From Callorhinchus milii (lineage: Eukaryota), in contig NW_024704743.1 of the NCBI RefSeq assembly GCF_018977255.1, positions 38,194,001 to 38,258,000 on the forward strand: 64,000 nucleotides of DNA, given 5' to 3'. The stretch's first letter is position 1. Every line of letters starts with the position of its first letter. The position numbers and the translations under genes are program-made. Below the pieces are notes generated by a model, which had not been told where the DNA came from, did not search any database, and saw nothing but the letters and a program-made list of their open reading frames with translations. Shown one piece after another: positions 50,629 to 63,744 of this stretch.

Positions 50629-51169
50629 GTATACCTCATACATTCATTCTATTTTGAGTTGAAAGTCTGTAAAGCATTTTGAATGCATGTAAATTCTGAA
50701 TCCATTAATGTTGCATCAATCCGTTATACAAAACAATTCTTGCTATCATGTTCTATATTCCACAGATTATGAGAGGAAAATGAATAAGAAAGTTCTGCAA
50801 CATGTAAAGAATTTTAACTATGGATTTAGTCATTTTGCTGGAGGTCTTTTTTATAACTATTTGTATATGTTACAATGCTTTGTGGTAAATAGTTACTTAC
50901 TGCTTGAATCCCACGTTTTTAATGAAAATCTTTTAAGAACGAAGAAAAAATAACAGTATTAGAATGTTTTTGGCCTGCAAAAAACCCTTTGCCACAAATT
51001 TAATATGTAGTTGGTTCTGGGCTGATGTTAAGTTTAGGAACAATATTGCACAACAGCAGCTGTCTTTTCTCTTGTAAGCTGGCCTGAAACTGGAATTGAC
51101 AAGTGGTGATCTGATGATCCAGAATCATGACTAGCAACTATTATTATTTTGTAGTCCCTTAATATCTAT

Positions 51170-51395
51170 CCCGCATCCCTCCGCCTCACCCCCTCTCTTG
51201 CCTCTTTCAAGTCCCGACTAAAGACCTTCCTCTGCGACTGTGCCTTCGGCTACCCTCCCGCCTCCACCCCCACCAGCCTCCACTCCTCCTGAATCGAACT
51301 CCCAGCTCGGGTCCAAAAGCCCCTGACTGTCCAGTACCCTGGGACGTCTTTCCGATGTGAAGGGCGCTATACAAGTGTAATTTGTTGCTGTTGTT
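51170..51395 (+). mobile_element. L2 LINE 3' end
   Basis: tccctccgcctcaccccctctcttgcctctttcaag ... gggcgctatacaagtgtaatttgttgctgttg. Confidence 0.85.
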
Positions 51396-51742
51396 CATAA
51401 CCCAACATCAAAGTTTATGGACCCTAACCATCATGTTTTAATGGGGTCCGACTGTATGAATTCAAGATATGTAACTGTTCACTCATTTAGATTAGGCTTT
51501 CCTGCTTGCACGAATATTCTAACACTTATTTATTCTTTGTTCTTAACAAGCTTTCATTTAGATGTGGGATTCATTGTCAAGTTGTCAATTTAAACTTTCA
51601 CTTCTGTAGTTTTACTTTACTTCACTATGCAAAGCATAGAAACTGTAAAAGTTTCCCAAAGAAGATTTGTTATTCATTAGTTTTAGAAATTGCAGCATGG
51701 AGGTAGTGCATTTGAGTAAACATAATTTAAGGTGAATAATGC

Positions 51743-51824
51743 TTAATTATACTGTATATTATATTATACTATAATTATATTATACTTAATTATACTAATT
51801 ATACTGTATAATTAATTATACTGT
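51743..51824. repeat. AT-rich degenerate minisatellite (aattatact/aattatactgt units)
   Basis: Several attatact units with self-complementary ttaattaa and tataatta segments. Confidence 0.8.
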
Positions 51825-54669
51825 CCTGTAAAGGAGCAATTTTTCACAGGGCACAAATTCTAGTACCGGCTATGCCAAACTTACATTGGCTTGGCATTTT
51901 GCTCCAGGCATGTGACCGCCCTTGAAGAGATGGTCCTGTACTGCTAGAGAGGTGCATTGGCTGCAAAATTCTCACAATGCACCAGATTAAAAATGAAAGC
52001 AGCCCTGTTGCTATCCGTTCAGTTTCCATTTAACACCATTATGTCTAGTGACTGGTTGTCAATTTTTCTGCAACTTGAATTTAAAACAAATGTGCCGACA
52101 GATTGCTGCTTTGGTTGTATGCTCAAGAGCACATGTCAGGGACGTTTGCAAATTTGAGCTGTGATTTCTCTAAAAGCTGTAGATAAGGGACTTTTATCAT
52201 GTCAGCTTCAACAGTATAAATAAGGCATGATACAAATCTTTCATAGTCATGCCATTTGTTTGTGGTTCTTAAACTAAAATTGAGTGCCCTCTGACAACCA
52301 TTGTGATTTGTTTTAATATTATAGAATGGAGCTGGGGCTTTGGTTCATGACAGCAGACACCCCATAATGTTCTTATGTACATGTTGAGATTGCAGCATCC
52401 ACGAAACCCAACCAAATCTGATTTGAAGAAGGCAGGATTTGGATCTAGATTTCATGAATACAACCTTGATAAGCATTTCTATCAGAAGTTAATCTTGTTT
52501 GGCCAGTCACAGCAAGCTTAAGTTTTTGCAGTACTGTGTTTTTGTTTGAGGAATGTTAATATTTAACAATGGTGAAACCAGTTTGACAACACAAAAACAC
52601 CGACTCTTTGGAGACTGAAAGCGTCCCATGGCTTTTCAGAAGATTACATCTTCCGTACTTTTTTAAAATAAAGTTCTTTTTTTTCCAGACCAGTCCTCTG
52701 CCATTAGTCTCCCTTTCCCTCTTTTGAAAGTGTTTGGCTTTTTCAGGTCTTTGAACATTGTGCTTCTCACTTCTGATTGCTTTACTGGTGGAAGTGGCAT
52801 TACTTTACTTCACTTCACAGTATAATCTGGGCCCTCGAATCCAGTGGTGTAGCGATGCACCTCCTAACTAGTCTTCACAGTTAGTTATAAACACCACACC
52901 GACAGTTGGATACTTTAAGGATGTCTTGCAACTTTTTTCCTAAACTAAGCAGATGAGATAAGAGATTTTAGTAAAGCTCCCACTATTCTCCAGGAACTCC
53001 AGCAGCTCCATTGATCTTGTGGGTCACTCTTCAGTCTTTCCCGCCTCTTGGAAATAGGCTGTTTTGTGGCCTGCAGAAGAGTGCTGAGGAAGACCTGGAT
53101 AAGCAATTGGGTGATTTCTTCCAAAATAAATGTGTGGCAGTGTTGAGAGATATGAATTAAATATTCATTAAGAGTAAAAATGCCCACCTCCCGACGTGAA
53201 GGGTTCTATACAAATATAATTTTGTATTGTATTGGGACTATATTTCTTAGGTTGTTTTAATTTTCAGCAGTTTCAGGGCCAAATTTCCAGCCTTACTGAA
53301 ACTCCTAAGTCTGACTGAACAATATCTCCATTGATTCAGCATGCTGCCAATCTTTTATAGAAAGGCGGAAATGAACAGCACAGATCCAAACGGACATAAT
53401 GGTGCATTATATCGTTTGTATGAAGGAACAAGCCTTGTGTAACAATATGTCTTCGTTCAATGACATGTTGATTCAACAACAACAAATTACATTTGTATAA
53501 CGCCTTTCACGTTCCAAGATGCTGGAATTCATCCGTAAACTTAATAATGTTAATGTCTGCAGAAAAAAAGTACCAGACTATTTTCATGAATCACATGAAC
53601 AACAAAAAGGACAGTACTTGGTCAGCTGTAATTGTTACCTTACCTGCTTGACAGACCTGTAATAATCCAGCTAGGTCTTTTTCACTTACCAAAGGCAAAG
53701 AATATTCTTGCTCGTGTACATGTGCTCATGCTCAACTTTTAGACAGCTCACTAAACATTGAAACGTAGGGAGATCTAAGCCAAGTGTGACGTGAAGCACA
53801 AGGACAACTGGTGTTGATGAATAATACAGTTCAGCATTTGTTATTCCATAACCTTTCTCTCGGTTTACGGTTTAAGAAAAGGATGACTGTCATCAAGCTA
53901 ATAATGAATGATAGAGTTGACATATAAAGGTGGCAGTGGTTTAAATCTGAAGTGGAGAAACTGTACTATCAAAATCAGCAGAATGTATGTTAGTTTATTT
54001 ATATTCTGTTACGTATTTCCAATTTAGCAGTGATTTTTCACCACTTTTTGCCATTTGTTTGCTAAGAACTCGACAGTGGACAGTTACAGCTATAACTCTG
54101 TGTTCTGAATTCTCAGACACATTTAATTCCCAGCTCATAAGTGGAGGTAACTCTGTAGTAAACTATGCTTTGTGCATTTTCTTGCTCCTCATAACAATTT
54201 TTACTAGAGGTTCTCAGACCATTATCTTTACAGATATATGACGGAGCAATCCTTTTGAATTTAAGATATTTATTTTAGATTTTTTCTGTTCCCATAGCCT
54301 CCCTGTAACCACATACATTTTGTACCACTTCCCCAGTTGACACATTGACCTGCTCCCAGGCATTCTTCCTCATGCAGCTCTTTGGTCACTTCAAGAATAT
54401 ATATTTTTTCACACTCCCTCTCCCCGGATTGACAATAATAATGGTAACTGCAGTTTATCATCCAGAGCAGAATGTGTTCCATGGTATTTGTCCATATCTG
54501 CAACACCAGGTTTGTCAACATCACCGATGCTATGAATCACTGAGTAGCTGTAAGGCTTTGCGTCTCCTCACAGCCAAATGAAGCCTAGGAAACACTGCAT
54601 ACCTCCATCTCAGGCTACTTAATATATCAACTACAAATAGGCTAAGTGACTCACTTGAAGAGATTCAGA

Positions 54670-54815
54670 CAAGCAGATGGGATCTTGTTTAACTCTCATC
54701 TAAAGGATGATGACTCCTAACAATGAAGCAGCCCCCAAGTCCTCCTTTAGAGTGTCTTCGTAGATGAGGAGTTCAAGTCCTGGCATAGGGCCCTGACCTG
54801 AGCCTTGCTAACACA
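54670..54815 (-). mobile_element. Degenerate Deu-domain SINE relic
   Basis: gtttaactctcatctaaaggatg...acaatgaagcagccccc aligns by eye with gtttaagatctcatccgaagg...acaatgcagcatactccc at 58145-58195. Confidence 0.6.
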
Positions 54816-54962
54816 ATCATTTACTTTTGTATAAGGATAACCACATTACTGTTATGAATTTTGTCTGTAACAGCTTCGAAGAGAAAGCCTCTTTTTGAAA
54901 AAAAATAATGGCAGTAAGTTTCCATGTTGTGAATGCTGTTCTGTGCTCGCTTATTACCCCAG

Positions 54963-55129
54963 GTGTTGAGTTAACCTGTGACCGAGACGTTGACATGGCA
55001 ACCCGGGTGCAGGACCTACTGGAATTTCTTCACGAGAAGCAGCAGGAGCTGGACCTCACGGCAGAGCAGCACCGACGGCACTTGGAGCAATGTGTTCAGC
55101 TACGTCACCTCCAGGCTGAGGTCAAGCAG
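54963..55129 (+). CDS. TRIO: TRIO coding exon K (167 nt, phase 1/0): (G)[25 protein letters not shown]...[10 protein letters not shown]
   Basis: Acceptor attaccccAG, donor CAG|GTCAGT. Phase matches exon J. Confidence 0.95.
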
Positions 55130-56096
55130 GTCAGTGCTGTTTGATGTTGATCTGCTTTCTTCCAAGAGCACGAGATTGCATTGGCGTAAAGACCGCAATA
55201 AATTTGTCTTTGGTTAGTGGGCGAGAGTAGAATATTTCTGTGGGAATAAATCTTACCCCAGAGTGGACCGAAAATAATACCAGCACAGGTATTACTGATA
55301 TTTTGACTGGGGATCTACGTGAAACTAAGCTGTTTGTTAGATAATAGAAAGCTTCTGGTTTTCCCCACCCACCCACAATCCTTTTTATCAGGCACTCTCA
55401 TGTCAAATGCTGCAGTTGGACAAAGAGCGAAGCTCCTCGTACTCTCCTGTGGCATGTGAATCTTTTACACTCCTTGTGGTCTTTTTAAATATTACTCCAT
55501 TGCTATGTGGAAAAATTCTATATGGCTCTTGTCCCTACGCTAAGCTTCAAGGGCATTGATTACATGGTGCCTGCTTTTATTGTCACCTTATGCAGTTTGA
55601 AGAAGTACAGACAGTGATTAGGGGTTGACATTTATTTGACAATTATTGGCAATTCTTCACAATCCTTGAGCCAATCCATTGCTGATTGTTTTATAATTTA
55701 GAAAAATCATACACGGTGTGATTTTGTTTTTAAATATTTTAATTAAGCACTGAATAAATATGGTGGTTAAGTGCTACGAGACATTACCCTACGTGAAGGG
55801 TGCTATGTAAATACAAGTTGTTGTTGTTGTTGCAAAGATTGCCAAATATGAGGATGGCCCTTCAATGGAATATTGATTTGTTCTATGAATGTTAAAATGA
55901 CAGATTAATTTACTGTAATTCTAATGGAGAAATTGTTTTACGGAGTTCGTTGATTCTGGGGCTTGTTTAGAGACAAATTTTCTGTGAAGTCCAGGACTTG
56001 ATCCAGACCTGAATTAAAACATGTAAAAGCTACATTTAATACATTTATATCAGCTTGAATGGATTACTACACAAATTGTTAGAGGCTAGGACATTT

Positions 56097-56410
56097 GGAG
56101 TCCGGTAGTTCAGTCGTTAGACCACTCGCCTTGCAAGCGAGAAACCTGGGTTCAATTCCAGGCAGGGTGAAACCTTGGGCAAGTTTCCTTACTCCACACA
56201 GAGCCTAATAATAATACCTCCAAAAACAAAGCAATAATAAATTGGTCATTTTCAATCCATGACTGTTTGTGGGATATTGCTGTGCGCAATTGGCTGCCGC
56301 GTTTCGCCCACAAATATACATTCAATTCACTTTACAGCATATTCTGTGAAGCGCTTCGAGACGTCGAGAAGACGTGAAAAGTGCTATATCAAATGCAAGG
56401 ATTATTATTA
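56097..56410 (+). mobile_element. tRNA-derived SINE, full length, short variant
   Basis: Colinear with the 30326 copy; B box gggttcaattcc; (ATT)n tail. Confidence 0.92.
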
Positions 56411-56539
56411 GTCTTATGTATTTGCGGCTTCACGCTATAATGGGATATTATAAGGTGGGTGTTCTGGAAGGATAATCATAACAGTCCTTACATTTGGTAT
56501 AGTATCTTTCTTCTTCAATATTTACATGCTCCTGTTCAG

Positions 56540-57575
56540 CGATATGATCTGTAGGCATGGGGTTAACTTCCACATGGATGTGGATAACACCCAACACTAT
56601 CTCGCTGCCTAAACCCTCGACTTTGCTTTCCTGATGGATTGCCTGTCAGACATCAAGTCCTAGATGAGAGCTAACTTTCTCTAGTTGAATGTCGAGAATA
56701 CATGGGTCCTGCCTGGCTCCCATCAATGCCTCCTCACCTCATTCTCTGAGAGCATCAATATTCATGGATGCACTCTCCACCTCACCGAGCCTTTGCAGTG
56801 TCTTGTTTGACTCTCAAGTGCCCTGTAAACCCCATATCCAAGCCTTAACCCATTCAGCGTTCCCCCGTCTCTGCAAGATTGCCCGCCTCCACCACTATTT
56901 TTTCCCTCAGGCTGCCGAGACCCTCATTAATGCCACCATCCCGTCCCAGCTTGACTGTCTAACTCTCTCCTCACTGGAGTTCCTAACTCTCCCTCCACAA
57001 GCAGCAGATTATTCAGAACTGCAGCTCGTGTCCTGTATCAAGCTCTCGGAGCCTATCTCCCCGTCCTCGCTTGGCTCCACTGGCTGCTCATCCCTCAGAG
57101 TATTGAGCTTAAAATCCTCATTCACATATTTCAAGCCCTCCACTGTCTTGCCCTGCGCATTGAGACGCTGCCGTGCGTGAAGGGCGCTATATAAAGTCTA
57201 GAAGATGTGAAAAGCGATATATCAAATGCAAGGATTATTATTATTTATTATAAGTGCAAGTTGTTGTTGTTGCCCCTCCCTACGTGCTTGTTTCCTCTGC
57301 TTGGCGGAAACTGGGCTGCTCCATGTCCCCTGCTCCACCATCGACCTTTAGCCTTTCTGCCTCCACCCTCTGGAACTCCATTACAAAGTACCTTTGCCTC
57401 GCCTCCTCCTTTGCCTCCTTCAAGGCCTATCTCAAGACTTTCTCTTTGACCGTGCCTTTGGTCATCCCTCTTGATTCCAACCCCCAGCTTGAGTGCAAAA
57501 CTCTTGACTGTCCTGGTCCTTGAAACATCCTCCCGATGTGCAGGGCACCATATAAACACAATTTATTGTTGTTGT
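56540..57575 (+). mobile_element. Degenerate L2 LINE with nested L2-tail and SINE-tail insertion (57155-57269)
   Basis: Colinear with the reverse complement of the 9861-10808 L2; ends aatttattgttgttg. Confidence 0.85.
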
Positions 57576-57902
57576 TTTCCATTGGGAGGACATTCCAAAG
57601 GGCTTCACAGGATATACTGCCTATGTTTTGCGGACAAACATGGCAGTTAATTTTGCACACAGCAACAACAACAAAATTACATTTTTTTACTACCTTTCAC
57701 ATCAGATGTGACACACAGCAATGTCCCACAGCCACCCCTGAAGTGAATGGCCAATTTTATTTGGGAGATGAATTCAAGTGGCCGAAAAGACCTTCTTTAT
57801 CTCAAATTTCTCTTTCGATCTTCTGAAGTACTTTAAACAAAGACGCAATTACTTCATTCCACCTTTTTTGTGATGAGTTTTAAATTGTTTATTCAAAAAG
57901 AT

Positions 57903-58208
57903 GATGGTCCTTGTATTTGATACAGTGCCTTTTACGTCGGGAGGACATCTCAGCAGGACTTAATGAATACTGTAGTGACTACATTTTTGTAGGCAAACAT
58001 GGCAAGCAATTTGCATCCACATACTGACGTACATGAATGAACCAATTTTATAAGGGAGATTGTTGGGCAGGACACGAGGAGAAACTCCCTTCTTTTATTT
58101 AAGTAATACCATGGGGTCCATCTTAAGAGGCAATCGCGATCTCGGTTTAAGATCTCATCCGAAGGACAGTACGTCCGACAATGCAGCATACTCCCAGCTG
58201 TTATCACT
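57903..58208 (-). mobile_element. Deu-domain SINE (AmnSINE1/SacSINE1-related)
   Basis: Reverse complement gctgcattgtcggac...ccttcggatgagatcttaaaccgag...cccatgg...gggagtttctcctcgtgtcctgcccaaca matches the recalled Deu core; tail resembles the local SINE/L2 tail. Confidence 0.8.
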
Positions 58209-58929
58209 AGGTAACGGCATGTTGTGAGATAATATATTAATGATCAGACATTTCTGGATTGAAGAACGATTTGGATCAGTACAATTCAGGATCTCCACTC
58301 TTTCCAAGTCACGTTTACCCGATCCCTTCAAGGTACTGTGTGGCACTGTCATTTGCTGCCACTGATTTATATTTTTGGTGCAAAAGCAAAAGAAGCAGTG
58401 GCTTGCAATACAAGACTGGGATTGTTTTTCTTGTCTTGTACATTGTGACACACAGATGTTGGGAACAGTTAAAAGTGATTGTTGTATAATTTTGAAAACA
58501 GCATAGTTTTGCCTCAGACACAGCCTGCAAAGCTTAGCCTCAAACAATACATTGCCTGTTCCTGACTGTTTGCTTCCTGTGATGATAGTAGTGCATTATA
58601 ACAGATTAGCTGTACAGTAAATAACAGTTTGAGCCAAATCCTCAAATATTTCCACTGCTATCTTGGGTTGTAGTTTGAAACTTACATAGACTGATTTCCA
58701 GGGTGCAACTGCTGTTTACAAGTTCACAGATGCATAAGATAGACTTGAATAGACATTGGCCTGTGTGCAAAATAACAGTTAAGTGCGTTCTTAGATTTTT
58801 GTATGAGTATTCATTGTGTTACCCATAGGATAGTACTACAGTAACACACGTGGGTTTAACAAGAGTTCTGTATGTTAATTATAGAAATTTGGGAATTTTT
58901 CCAGTGACTCAACATGATTATTCATGGTC

Positions 58930-59049
58930 ACACAAACTGGGAAAGCCCCAAGGTCAATCCATGATCAAAGCTGATTTAGCAGATTGCCGTGAGGAATGTT
59001 ACATTTAGTCTCTGCAGGCAAAGGAGCCAAAAATTAGCCTGGGTTTCTG
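58930..59049 (+). mobile_element. LF-SINE-like relic
   Basis: gggaaagccccaaggtcaatcc ... gctgatttagcagat ... aaaaattagcctgggtttc resembles recalled LF-SINE 5' and core motifs. Confidence 0.5.
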
Positions 59050-59987
59050 GTGGGGGTGTCTGAGGGAGGGGGAAGATTCCAGGGGAGAGGGTCTCTGAGG
59101 GAGGCAGTCAGCCTAAAAGAAGGGCTGGTACAATGTGGTACCATAATAATATTATAACTCCTGATGCAAGAATATTTTATACTTTGCCATTTTGTACTTT
59201 GCATAATGACCTGTTTGCACTGTTTGCTTGTCTCCATTGAGGCCAGTCCCAATTAGTGCAGATAATCAGCTAGTGTAGGAGAAAAAAGGATTCAAATACA
59301 TTCAGAAGGGAAAGGAGCCAAATGGGAATTATTCATATAGGGCAGAATAAAAATTGCTTTGCTAACTGCTGTTAAGTGTTGAACCCTATTTGAGTGTTTT
59401 TTTCCCATCTTATTCTAAGGTTTATTTAGTTATAAGCAGTGCCACTTGAAGAGTAAAATTACCACAACAGGAAAGAACGAACATCAATACATTATGGAAT
59501 AGTAAAAAATCCAAAGTACTTTCTAGTTTATACGTTCCAATCCCCGATAACATGTTCCATTTTGCTCTGTTTCCCATTTGTATTGAAGCCTCTGTTATAG
59601 GGAGAGCCCTGCCCTGCTGTTCCAAATAGTGATTTTGCATATCATTTGCAAATCAGTCATGTTATTTATACACACACGGTATCACAATTGAGCACATGGA
59701 TACTACAAATAAAGGGATGTTACGACCACTTGGATCCATCTTGTAATTTACACTTGAGTATCTAGGCTTACATCATATTGAAGATGAGTCCAAAACAATA
59801 TATTTTGCTGTTCTTTTCAAAATGGTATTAACAGCATGTTGTGAACATTTGCACTATTATGCTGCGATTAATTTACACCCTTGGCATGATTGCTCTTACA
59901 ACATGCACTGCTGGCTTTATTATACATGTGTTTCCCGATAGCAAAACGACCTTCAGGAAATGTGAGTTATTCTGGATAGATTATAAG

Positions 59988-60165
59988 TAATAATGATCCT
60001 CGCATTTGATATAGTGCTTTAATACATTGTTGAGAAGCGCTTCACAGGGTTTTACTGTGAAGTGCATTGACTGTATATTTGGAGTTAAAGCAGCAGACAA
60101 TTTATACACGGCAATGTCCCACAATCAGCCTTGACGTGAATGACCAATTTTATCTGGGGATTATA
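59988..60165 (-). mobile_element. SINE 3' fragment
   Basis: atcctcgcatttgatatagtgc ... gcgcttcacagg ... gcaatgtcccaca. Confidence 0.8.
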
Positions 60166-60319
60166 TAGGTCAAGCACAAATTGAAAGCACCATTTTGCAT
60201 GCACAGGCCCATAAATTGTGCATCTTATATTATGTATGTTCTGTACGATGGCTAGTGAGGACTGTTCATCCCCCACCACCACAACATCGCCTGACTCCGC
60301 TACTGCCTTTACCTTCAAG

Positions 60320-60942
60320 CCACTGAGACCCTCATCTGTTCATTCATTCATTACACCTAGGCTCAACTACGCCAACTCCCTGTTTGTCAGCCATCCCAAC
60401 TCTTCCCTCCACAGGCTGCAGATCATTCAGGACTCTGCAGCTCGTGTCCTCTCCCACACCAGGCTTCATGACCCTATCACCCCCACCTTAGCCCGGCTGC
60501 TGGCGCCCTATCCCCCAGAGCATAGAGTCCTCATCCTCACTGTCAAAGACCTCCATAGCCTTGCTTCTTCCTATCTCTGTGACCTGCTAACGCCATATCA
60601 ACATGTCCGCTGCCTCCGCTCAGCAGGCTTCGGCCTGCTCCACATTCCCCGCCCGGCTCGCTCCACCATCAGCGGTCGGGCCTTCATCCTGTCTACCCTA
60701 ACCCTTTGGAACTGCATCCCATAATCTCTTTGCCTTGCTCCCTCCCTTGTCTCCTTCAATGCATTTCTCAAGACCCTCCTCTTCCACTGCATCTTCAGTC
60801 ATTCCCCTGCCCCCAACCTCCCTGCCCTCCCTGCCTCCTAATCCCAATCCCCTGCTCGGATCCAAATCCCTGACTGCCCAGCGCCTTGGGACGTCCTCCT
60901 GACATGAAAGGAGCTATACAAATGTAATTTGTTTTTGTTGTT
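60320..60942 (+). mobile_element. L2 LINE 3' fragment
   Basis: VHSFITPRLNYANSL...LHRLQIIQDSAARVLS; tail gggacgtcctcctgacatgaaaggagctatacaaatgtaatttgtt. Confidence 0.9.
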
Positions 60943-62175
60943 CAGTCTGACTGGTGCATGCTCGATGTGTTGAATGTCTCATTGTCATCAATACCAGTAA
61001 ATGGTACAAGCATGGATGTGCAACGATTACATAAATGTTGGTGTTTGTCATGAAGCATACTGAGTTGGGCGATATTGTATCTAATTTTAATGTTATACTG
61101 GAGACAGCACAACACAACTCTGGATACATTTACTGGCAAACACACAGTCAGTGGTCTCTACATGGGACTTTTGTGTCACATTTGTAATCATAAATAGTGT
61201 GAAAATGCTGGCATAACAGGTGGAAGTGTAAGGCATAACTGGTTATTTAGTCACAATAAAACATGTTCGCCTCCAAAATGTGTTGACGTGAAATTTGACT
61301 GTCAAATGCTATTATTATGATAATGATTTTTGATACAAACAATACATTAGAAGTAAACAGCATTGACCAACAACCACTTCTCCAGGGCATTTCACGAACG
61401 GTAGAGTCTCGGTGTGCTTAACAGTGGCGTAGCTGGACCATATATAATTCAAAAATAGTATAGACAATTAGTTTTCCTTAAATCTTCTTTGAGCAATATT
61501 ATGGAACAATATTGAGACGATGGCAGAACATGTGAAACAGCTCTGCAGACTATTCTCTGCGTTGACCCAGCACTAACAGGGAGCCAATCACAGCTTTATT
61601 GCAACAAGTGAGTGTGCCTCATGTCCTCTAGCAGTAAGTTATGTAATTTACTTTTAGGCATGTTTGTCCAATAAGGCGTACATTTGCAATCTGTTGTTTA
61701 ACCATCTGTGAGGTTATTCAATTAGTGAACTTCTGCGTGTGTTCACCTCTCTCTCTATCTGTTTCTGCATCATGTGAGTCTGATTTTTTCTCTTCCTGTC
61801 TGTATTTGTTCCCTTTGTTTTGCTCTCTTTCAGTTTGTCTTTAGTTTCCTGTGGGTCTCTCAGACTTGAATTTAGTTAGTAAGGTACAAAATGGGAGGGT
61901 TCAGAGAACAGCAGCATTGAGCCTGTGCTTGTGAACTACTCATCATAGCCGCCTCTGGGTTTTCTTTGACGGATTGGAGCCAACATGAACATTTAAAAAA
62001 AACACTAATCAGAAAATACTAAAGGAGATACCTGATGTAATGTATTTAGTTACAACGGAGGTTCACTTGTTGGAGTGTAGAACCTGACATTTACTTAGAA
62101 AAAAAAATCCAAATGATGGTCACACGACCAGCTTTAAAAAGCTTTGGAGTCCTCAAGTGCTACAAAATGGGTGAT

Positions 62176-62362
62176 TTGAAGGGATTATTACCCCCAGAAA
62201 AACGATCTGCAAATCGACTAACAACCGGGTTCCTATTTACTGCTCGGTAAATCGAGACATGCGGAGTAAAACTTGGCCAGCGTTTCGCCCTGCCCGGGAA
62301 TCACACCCAGGTCCCCTCTCACTTGCGAGGCGAGTGCTCTAACCACTAAGCTACAGGACTCC
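62176..62362 (-). mobile_element. tRNA-SINE 5' half, long variant
   Basis: ttcctatttactgctcggtaaa block and head ...gctacaggactcc. Confidence 0.85.
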
Positions 62363-62433
62363 ATGCATCCTGTGCATCCACTCTGCATGTTTTTTGTTAA
62401 AAATGTATTGGATGATTTGGCATGTTACTACTC

Positions 62434-62612
62434 TAATAATAATAATCCTTACATTTGATATAACACCTTAAGTCGTTGAGATGTCTCAAAGCGCTTCACG
62501 GAATACATTGTAAAGTGGATTGACCGTGTATCTTGTGGGCGAAATGCGGCACCCAATTGCACACAGCAGTGTCCCACAAACAGTCGTGGATTGATGACCA
62601 CATTTTTTTTTA
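62434..62612 (-). mobile_element. tRNA-SINE 3' half
   Basis: (AAT)n ccttacatttgatat ... gtgtcccacaaacagtcgtggattga. Confidence 0.85.
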
Positions 62613-63090
62613 GGTTAATAGGCGGGAGTAAGAAAGGAGATCTAGGACACAAACATAAGAGGTATTTTTCCTTCATTCCCTTGAATGTGGGTCAAATATC
62701 TCTTTGTTAGCAGTTTTCTGGAAGATGAACCTTTTCAAAACTTGCAGTCTTCTTTTGGAAGAAGCAGTTGTGGGTGGGGTGGGGGGGAGGGAGGACTGGA
62801 GAACTGGGGTAGGGGTTTGATCGAAAGACTTTTTGCTGATTCCAGATGCCCATCATGCATTCTCGGTACTCTCTGCAGAATGATGTTACAGTGTACAAAT
62901 CTCATTGTGAGACTAGATTTTACTCATCAGTAATGTTGACTGGGTAAGACAATGCACAGAGTTGAACTGCTATTTAGTTTCTTTTTGGGAGAAAGCTTTA
63001 CTCTCTGATTGCTCTGTGGAAGGAAGCATACACTGATAGCTGAATCGTCATTGAGGAACATTTACTGTGATGTTTCTGTTGCTGTTACAG

Positions 63091-63210
63091 GTACTGGGTT
63101 GGATCCGGAATGGTGAATCTATGCTAAATGCTGGTCTCATCACTGCCAGTTCACTTCAGGAAGCTGAGCAATTGCAGCGGGAGCATGAGCAGTTCCAGCA
63201 TGCCATTGAG
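63091..63210 (+). CDS. TRIO: TRIO coding exon L (120 nt): [40 protein letters not shown]
   Basis: Acceptor gctgttacAG, donor GAG|GTAAGA. Peptide matches recalled Trio. Manual translation. Confidence 0.96.
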
Positions 63211-63744
63211 GTAAGATAACATCTGTCAATAAGGTGCTCTGTATTGATGATCAACACCATTAGGAATGTTGGAATGCACAGGAACAAAAAAAACATTTCA
63301 GGCCATCTAGCTAGTACCAGAGTTCAATATTTTGAACTACAATCATTCTGGCACATTTATTATTTGGAGCAGTCTAACACTTTAAAAATATTTAAATGTC
63401 CTTTTCATTCACAATATTTCCCATCCCTCTCTCACTTTCTTTGGCACGTGAGTTCTGTCTGTCTGTCTTTTATCATTGTCATTGAAGTCACTGACCAATG
63501 GGGAAAAAAAAGGATTAAATTCCTATATAATTTTCAAAATGACTTATTTGTTCTAGCAACTTGCAACTAAGCACCTGTGTAGCATTGTGTCACTTGTGAA
63601 GTAGGTGTTGACTTGTAGAAGTATATAACTTGAAGCAGCTATGACTGGAATCCATTCGCCTTCAGGTTTCATATTGCGACGCAGATTTCGCAGCTAACAC
63701 TGTATAATTTGCTTATTGATGCTATACACTCTGAATCCTGCAGT

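Noticed and set aside
50629..50636. Possible U12-type donor GTATACCT after exon J
   Set aside because: It does not match RTATCCTT, and there is no TCCTTAAC branch site before the acceptor at 54962; treated as a weak U2 donor.
54700..54806. C/D-box snoRNA-like pattern (aagg ATGATGA ... CTGA gcctt)
   Set aside because: The segment aligns with the antisense Deu-SINE core at 58145-58195, and I recognised no rRNA guide; most likely chance.
61570..61613. CCAAT box (agccaatca), branch-like cactaac and a GTGAGT donor suggesting an internal promoter or exon
   Set aside because: Short motifs expected by chance; no polypyrimidine tract, and the implied exon (61580-61607, 28 nt) is out of frame.
1063..63210. 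Assignment to kalirin (KALRN) instead of TRIO
   Set aside because: Diagnostic peptides ([66 protein letters not shown]) match recalled Trio rather than kalirin; a reciprocal BLASTP would confirm.
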